Positions 43,715 through 47,051 of a DNA stretch of 47,051 nucleotides are shown here, piece by piece; the first letter of the stretch is position 1; each line of letters starts with the position of its first letter. Source of the DNA: a virus (taxonomy: Duplodnaviria; Caudoviricetes); IMG/VR virus record IMGVR_UViG_3300025782_000021, positions 1 to 47,051 of that record. One strand, given 5' to 3'. The position numbers and the translations under genes are program-made. The notes below the pieces were generated by a model, which was not told where the DNA came from, did not search any database, and saw only the letters and a program-made list of their open reading frames with translations.

Positions 43715-44934
43715 TATTGTGGCTCCCATTTACCATTTACATATTTTGCTTTATTACCAGCAGCATCGGTGTAAATTTTACCTTCCTCAAACTTTGGAGC
43801 ACTAGGTTTGCTACTAGTAACATCACCCTTAGCAGCAGCAGGAGTTTCAATCTTACCTCTGCTAGGAGCAGCTTTAGGTTTGTCTTCTTCTGGAGGAACA
43901 TAGGAAGCTAGTTGACGTTGCAACTCTTCAACAATTGTTTTCTTCCCAGGGAACTCGGGAGCACTGACAGCAAGGTCTAGCTTCCTCTTAACAAGCTTTT
44001 GTTCAAACTCATTCTTTTCTTTAACAGCTTTGATGTATGCAGTGTTAGCAGCATCGCTAGGTTCTCTAGAGTACCAAGGAATGCTTTTAGTGCGAGCAGC
44101 TTCTGCCTCTTGAACTTTCTTCTCAAGAGCAGCCAAAGGTTTTTCAGAAGATCTATCAATAGCTTGGTCAGCACGTTCGTAAGAACTCCAACCCAAACGC
44201 TCTTCTTTATCAGAGCCACCACTATGACTAATCATTCTGGCTTCAATAAGAGCATCAGCACGGATACGAGCAATACGCTCGTTAGATTCTGCATGAAGTT
44301 TTGCTTTATCAACTTCAATAGATTTAAGCTGAGTAGCCAACTGACCCTTAGCATTAAGCATTAAGTTCTTAGTAGCTTCTTTCTTCTCAGCACCATCCAT
44401 GCGATCCCAGTTTTCTTTACCAACTTGGTCAATGAGTGCTTTACGACTAGCTTCAGGAAGTTTTGCTACAAAAGAATCTACTTGATCATCAGGTACAGCA
44501 GAAATAACACCATAAGCATTACCTATTTGTTGAGCTTGTTGGTCTAATTGTTTTTGGCTATCAGCAAATTTACGAGAGGCATACAGCTCAGAAGACTGCA
44601 AAGTCTTAGCACCATTCTCAACATCACCAGATTCAAACTGTCTAGCAGCCATCATCTGCAGACGTTTAACATCGTCAGCAGCTTGATACTCAGGACTACT
44701 AGCAAGCTTTTGTAAGGCAGCTTTAGAGTCTTGAGATGCTTTAAAACCAGAGTCGGTTATTAAATTAGCAAGTTTACTGCGTTCAACATTGGCTTGTTCT
44801 TGTTGCAGCTTGAGCTGTTGCTCTTGCATTCTGTTAGCTTCAACCTGTTGCACATTAGGTGCAGCAGCCATGTTCTGCTGAAGCTGTAAAGCAGCTTGAC
44901 TACCAGCAGCTACATCGGACATTAAGAGTGGCAT
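43714..44934 (-). CDS. Putative DNA ejection protein (Gln/Ala-rich coiled coil)
   Basis: 406 aa helical, C-terminal GKIY.D..GN.A.Y.NG.W; synteny. Confidence 0.65.
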   Translation of the reverse strand: MPLLMSDVAAGSQAALQLQQNMAAAPNVQQVEANRMQEQQLKLQQEQANVERSKLANLITDSGFKASQDSKAALQKLASSPEYQAADDVKRLQMMAARQFESGDVENGAKTLQSSELYASRKFADSQKQLDQQAQQIGNAYGVISAVPDDQVDSFVAKLPEASRKALIDQVGKENWDRMDGAEKKEATKNLMLNAKGQLATQLKSIEVDKAKLHAESNERIARIRADALIEARMISHSGGSDKEERLGWSSYERADQAIDRSSEKPLAALEKKVQEAEAARTKSIPWYSREPSDAANTAYIKAVKEKNEFEQKLVKRKLDLAVSAPEFPGKKTIVEELQRQLASYVPPEEDKPKAAPSRGKIETPAAAKGDVTSSKPSAPKFEEGKIYTDAAGNKAKYVNGKWEPQ

Positions 44935-44943
44935 AGTTATTCC

Positions 44944-45579
44944 TTAACCGTCAATACCGGTAGTACCACCAGTTAAACCAGCAAATGCTTGACCAGCACT
45001 AGCATTTACATTTCCTGTGCTAGGGTTATAGATAGTGTTGCCTAAACTATTAGTAGGACCACCAAACAAACCAGCAGTACCGGCAGCACCAATACCTTGA
45101 CCAAGAGCTTGCCAACCAGCTTGTTGTTGTGCAGCACCAAACTGAGCTGCAGCAGCAGGGTTAAACCCAACACCAGCACCACCAGACAGTTGACTTAAGT
45201 AGTTAGTCATAAAGCCAGAGTAGCTTTGTTGACCAAGCTTCTGTAGGGCAGCTTCTTCATTACCAGAGTACAACATACCAGAGGTAGCAGCACTGGCTTT
45301 GTTAGCAGCCATAGCAGGATCAACAACACCTGTTTGGAATTGGGTGTACCCAGGCATCTGTTGAATGTTTGCACTCTGTCCAGGCTGCAAATAACCAGCA
45401 TACATCTGAGCCAATTGAGCTTGGTATGGAGCCATTGGATTAGCTTGAGCAGTAGCAGAGCCAGGCCCAGAGCCACCAAACCCCAAGGCATTAGTAATAG
45501 CGCCACCAGTAAGGGAGTTAATACCACCAGCTATACCTAAGCCAGCAGCTAAACCACCTGCAGTAATTCCAAAAGTCAT
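44944..45579 (-). CDS. Putative DNA ejection / pilot protein (duplicate of 115-750)
   Basis: Identical translation. Confidence 0.6.
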   Translation of the reverse strand: MTFGITAGGLAAGLGIAGGINSLTGGAITNALGFGGSGPGSATAQANPMAPYQAQLAQMYAGYLQPGQSANIQQMPGYTQFQTGVVDPAMAANKASAATSGMLYSGNEEAALQKLGQQSYSGFMTNYLSQLSGGAGVGFNPAAAAQFGAAQQQAGWQALGQGIGAAGTAGLFGGPTNSLGNTIYNPSTGNVNASAGQAFAGLTGGTTGIDG

Positions 45580-45580
45580 T

Positions 45581-46096
45581 TTAGTTCTCCGTGAGAAGTT
45601 CTTTAGTTGAGGCAATTAAACCTAGTTCTTCGTAAGAAGGAGCAATAACTTCTTCTTCCATCTTGTCTAGATTCTCTTCACCCAAGTGTTTTGTGAGGTG
45701 AACTGTTACCCAAATAGTATCTTCTTCTGCAATAACAGCACGCTTAAGACCTACCTCAGAAACAAAGATGCAGGGAGCTTCAAAATACTTTGGCCCAAAC
45801 TCTGTTGACACAGCAACTTTACCTTGCATGATAAAGTTTAAATGCTGATGCCTATGTATTTTACCTATGATTAGCGTACCTTTGGGAATAAACATTTGTC
45901 GGGCATAAGTGCCACAACCGTACTTCTCATCAATAGGAGCGTAGTGGTGAGTTAATTTACAGTCAGGTAAGGTGTCTTTCATCAGACCTTCAGCAGCCAT
46001 CTTTAACATGCCCTCTTGGACATTCAAGATGTTCTCTCTAAACTGAACTTTAGCTAGAGAGTTATTGCTGCTATCAACGGTTACATCTGTACTCAT
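45581..46096 (-). CDS. Cupin-like protein (duplicate of 752-1267)
   Basis: Identical translation. Confidence 0.6.
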   Translation of the reverse strand: MSTDVTVDSSNNSLAKVQFRENILNVQEGMLKMAAEGLMKDTLPDCKLTHHYAPIDEKYGCGTYARQMFIPKGTLIIGKIHRHQHLNFIMQGKVAVSTEFGPKYFEAPCIFVSEVGLKRAVIAEEDTIWVTVHLTKHLGEENLDKMEEEVIAPSYEELGLIASTKELLTEN

Positions 46097-46099
46097 GTC

Positions 46100-47051
46100 T
46101 TACCTTTTATATTGGGGATTACCACCAACACCTTGCTCTTGATCCATCTCACCTATGCGGAAGTCAATCTCAGCAACATCTAAGCGAAGAGGTACATTAT
46201 CTGTACACAAGAACTGCCAAGACCTACGGCGATCAGCACCACTTAAATACACTTGAGAACGAGTTGCATTTAGATTAACAGGTCGAGGTACAGAGTAACT
46301 AACGTAGTCATTACCTGAATGACTAATGTACATAGTACCAGCTACCTTATCACCAACTATTTCTAAACGACCATAGAACTTACGTTTAGTAGTTCCGTTG
46401 TCCATGATATTAGTAACAGACCTACAGTAGATAGGTTGTCCGTTATCTTGATAGACTTCAGTGTTCAACTGATACAAGATAGCCCTATCGTCATCTAAGC
46501 AGTAGGGAATGTTGTTTAACTCAGCATAGAACGTAGGACGGAAGTACATTTCATAGTACGTACCTGGGTTAGGTTGATCATTAGATGCCATAGCCCATTG
46601 AGTCCATGTGTACCACATCTTTTCATCAATGTCGTACACAAGAGTTTTGTTTGAATCAATAAGAGTTAAGACGTAAAACGTATGACCACTAGTCTTGTAG
46701 CAGTAAGCACGTACGTTAGTTAAGTCATCAGCTTCTAAGTGACGATCAATGTGGCTAGTGGATACCTTAACAGGGGATACACCATCCATGATGTACACAG
46801 ACTTGCCGTAGGTACGAGTAGTACCAACCCACAACACCGTGTTACTAGTAGCAACAATGCTGTCCCCATTAGCACAACCAATTTCATTGGTGTAGCTAGC
46901 AGCTAATGCAAGAGGAGAACCAGGATAGTTACCAGCATCATAGAAGAACTGCGTACTAGTAGCACCAAAAGCTATAAGATAGTTCAGGTGTTTAGCAATA
47001 CCAACAAGGGTATCTGTAGTCTGTTCAAAGCTTAAGAAACTAAGAGCGTTC
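46100..47051 (-). CDS. 3' part of tail hub protein (variant duplicate of 1271-2222), cut by the window end
   Basis: Same translation except one V-to-T change. Confidence 0.7.
   Translation of the reverse strand, partial: NALSFLSFEQTTDTLVGIAKHLNYLIAFGATSTQFFYDAGNYPGSPLALAASYTNEIGCANGDSIVATSNTVLWVGTTRTYGKSVYIMDGVSPVKVSTSHIDRHLEADDLTNVRAYCYKTSGHTFYVLTLIDSNKTLVYDIDEKMWYTWTQWAMASNDQPNPGTYYEMYFRPTFYAELNNIPYCLDDDRAILYQLNTEVYQDNGQPIYCRSVTNIMDNGTTKRKFYGRLEIVGDKVAGTMYISHSGNDYVSYSVPRPVNLNATRSQVYLSGADRRRSWQFLCTDNVPLRLDVAEIDFRIGEMDQEQGVGGNPQYKR

Larger units (their letters stand above)
44830..47051. repeat. Terminal direct repeat / circular overlap, copy 2
   Basis: Matches 1-2222. Confidence 0.97.

Overview
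The window is an apparently complete, circularised ~44.8 kb genome (unit length 44,829 bp) of a tailed dsDNA phage with podovirus-like architecture. Bases 1-2222 recur at 44830-47051 with about 20 substitutions. Two gene arms diverge from a control region at ~22.8-23.8 kb. The + arm carries small hypothetical genes, a vWA/MoxR-CobS AAA+ pair, primase, DnaB-like helicase, family A DNA polymerase, a probable SSB, a 5'-3' exonuclease and endonuclease I. The - arm carries terminases, portal, GroES, scaffold, major capsid, two pectate-lyase-like tailspikes and a fibre, a lysis cassette, a metallophosphoesterase, P22-like tail and ejection proteins, a PurD-like ATP-grasp enzyme, a collagen-like fibre and a degenerate second lysozyme. 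Nested spanins point to a Gram-negative host. I recognised no integrase, repressor, RNA polymerase, tRNA or CRISPR array. The most striking unexplained signal is a 12-14 bp palindrome, (T)GTT[A/C]CTAGTAAC(A), scattered across the genome (11 exact and ~11 near-exact copies, mostly inside unrelated genes in different frames). The genome also holds a consensus parS site, two tandem perfect DnaA boxes and several candidate structured RNAs. All product calls come from motif recognition and synteny, not database searches.
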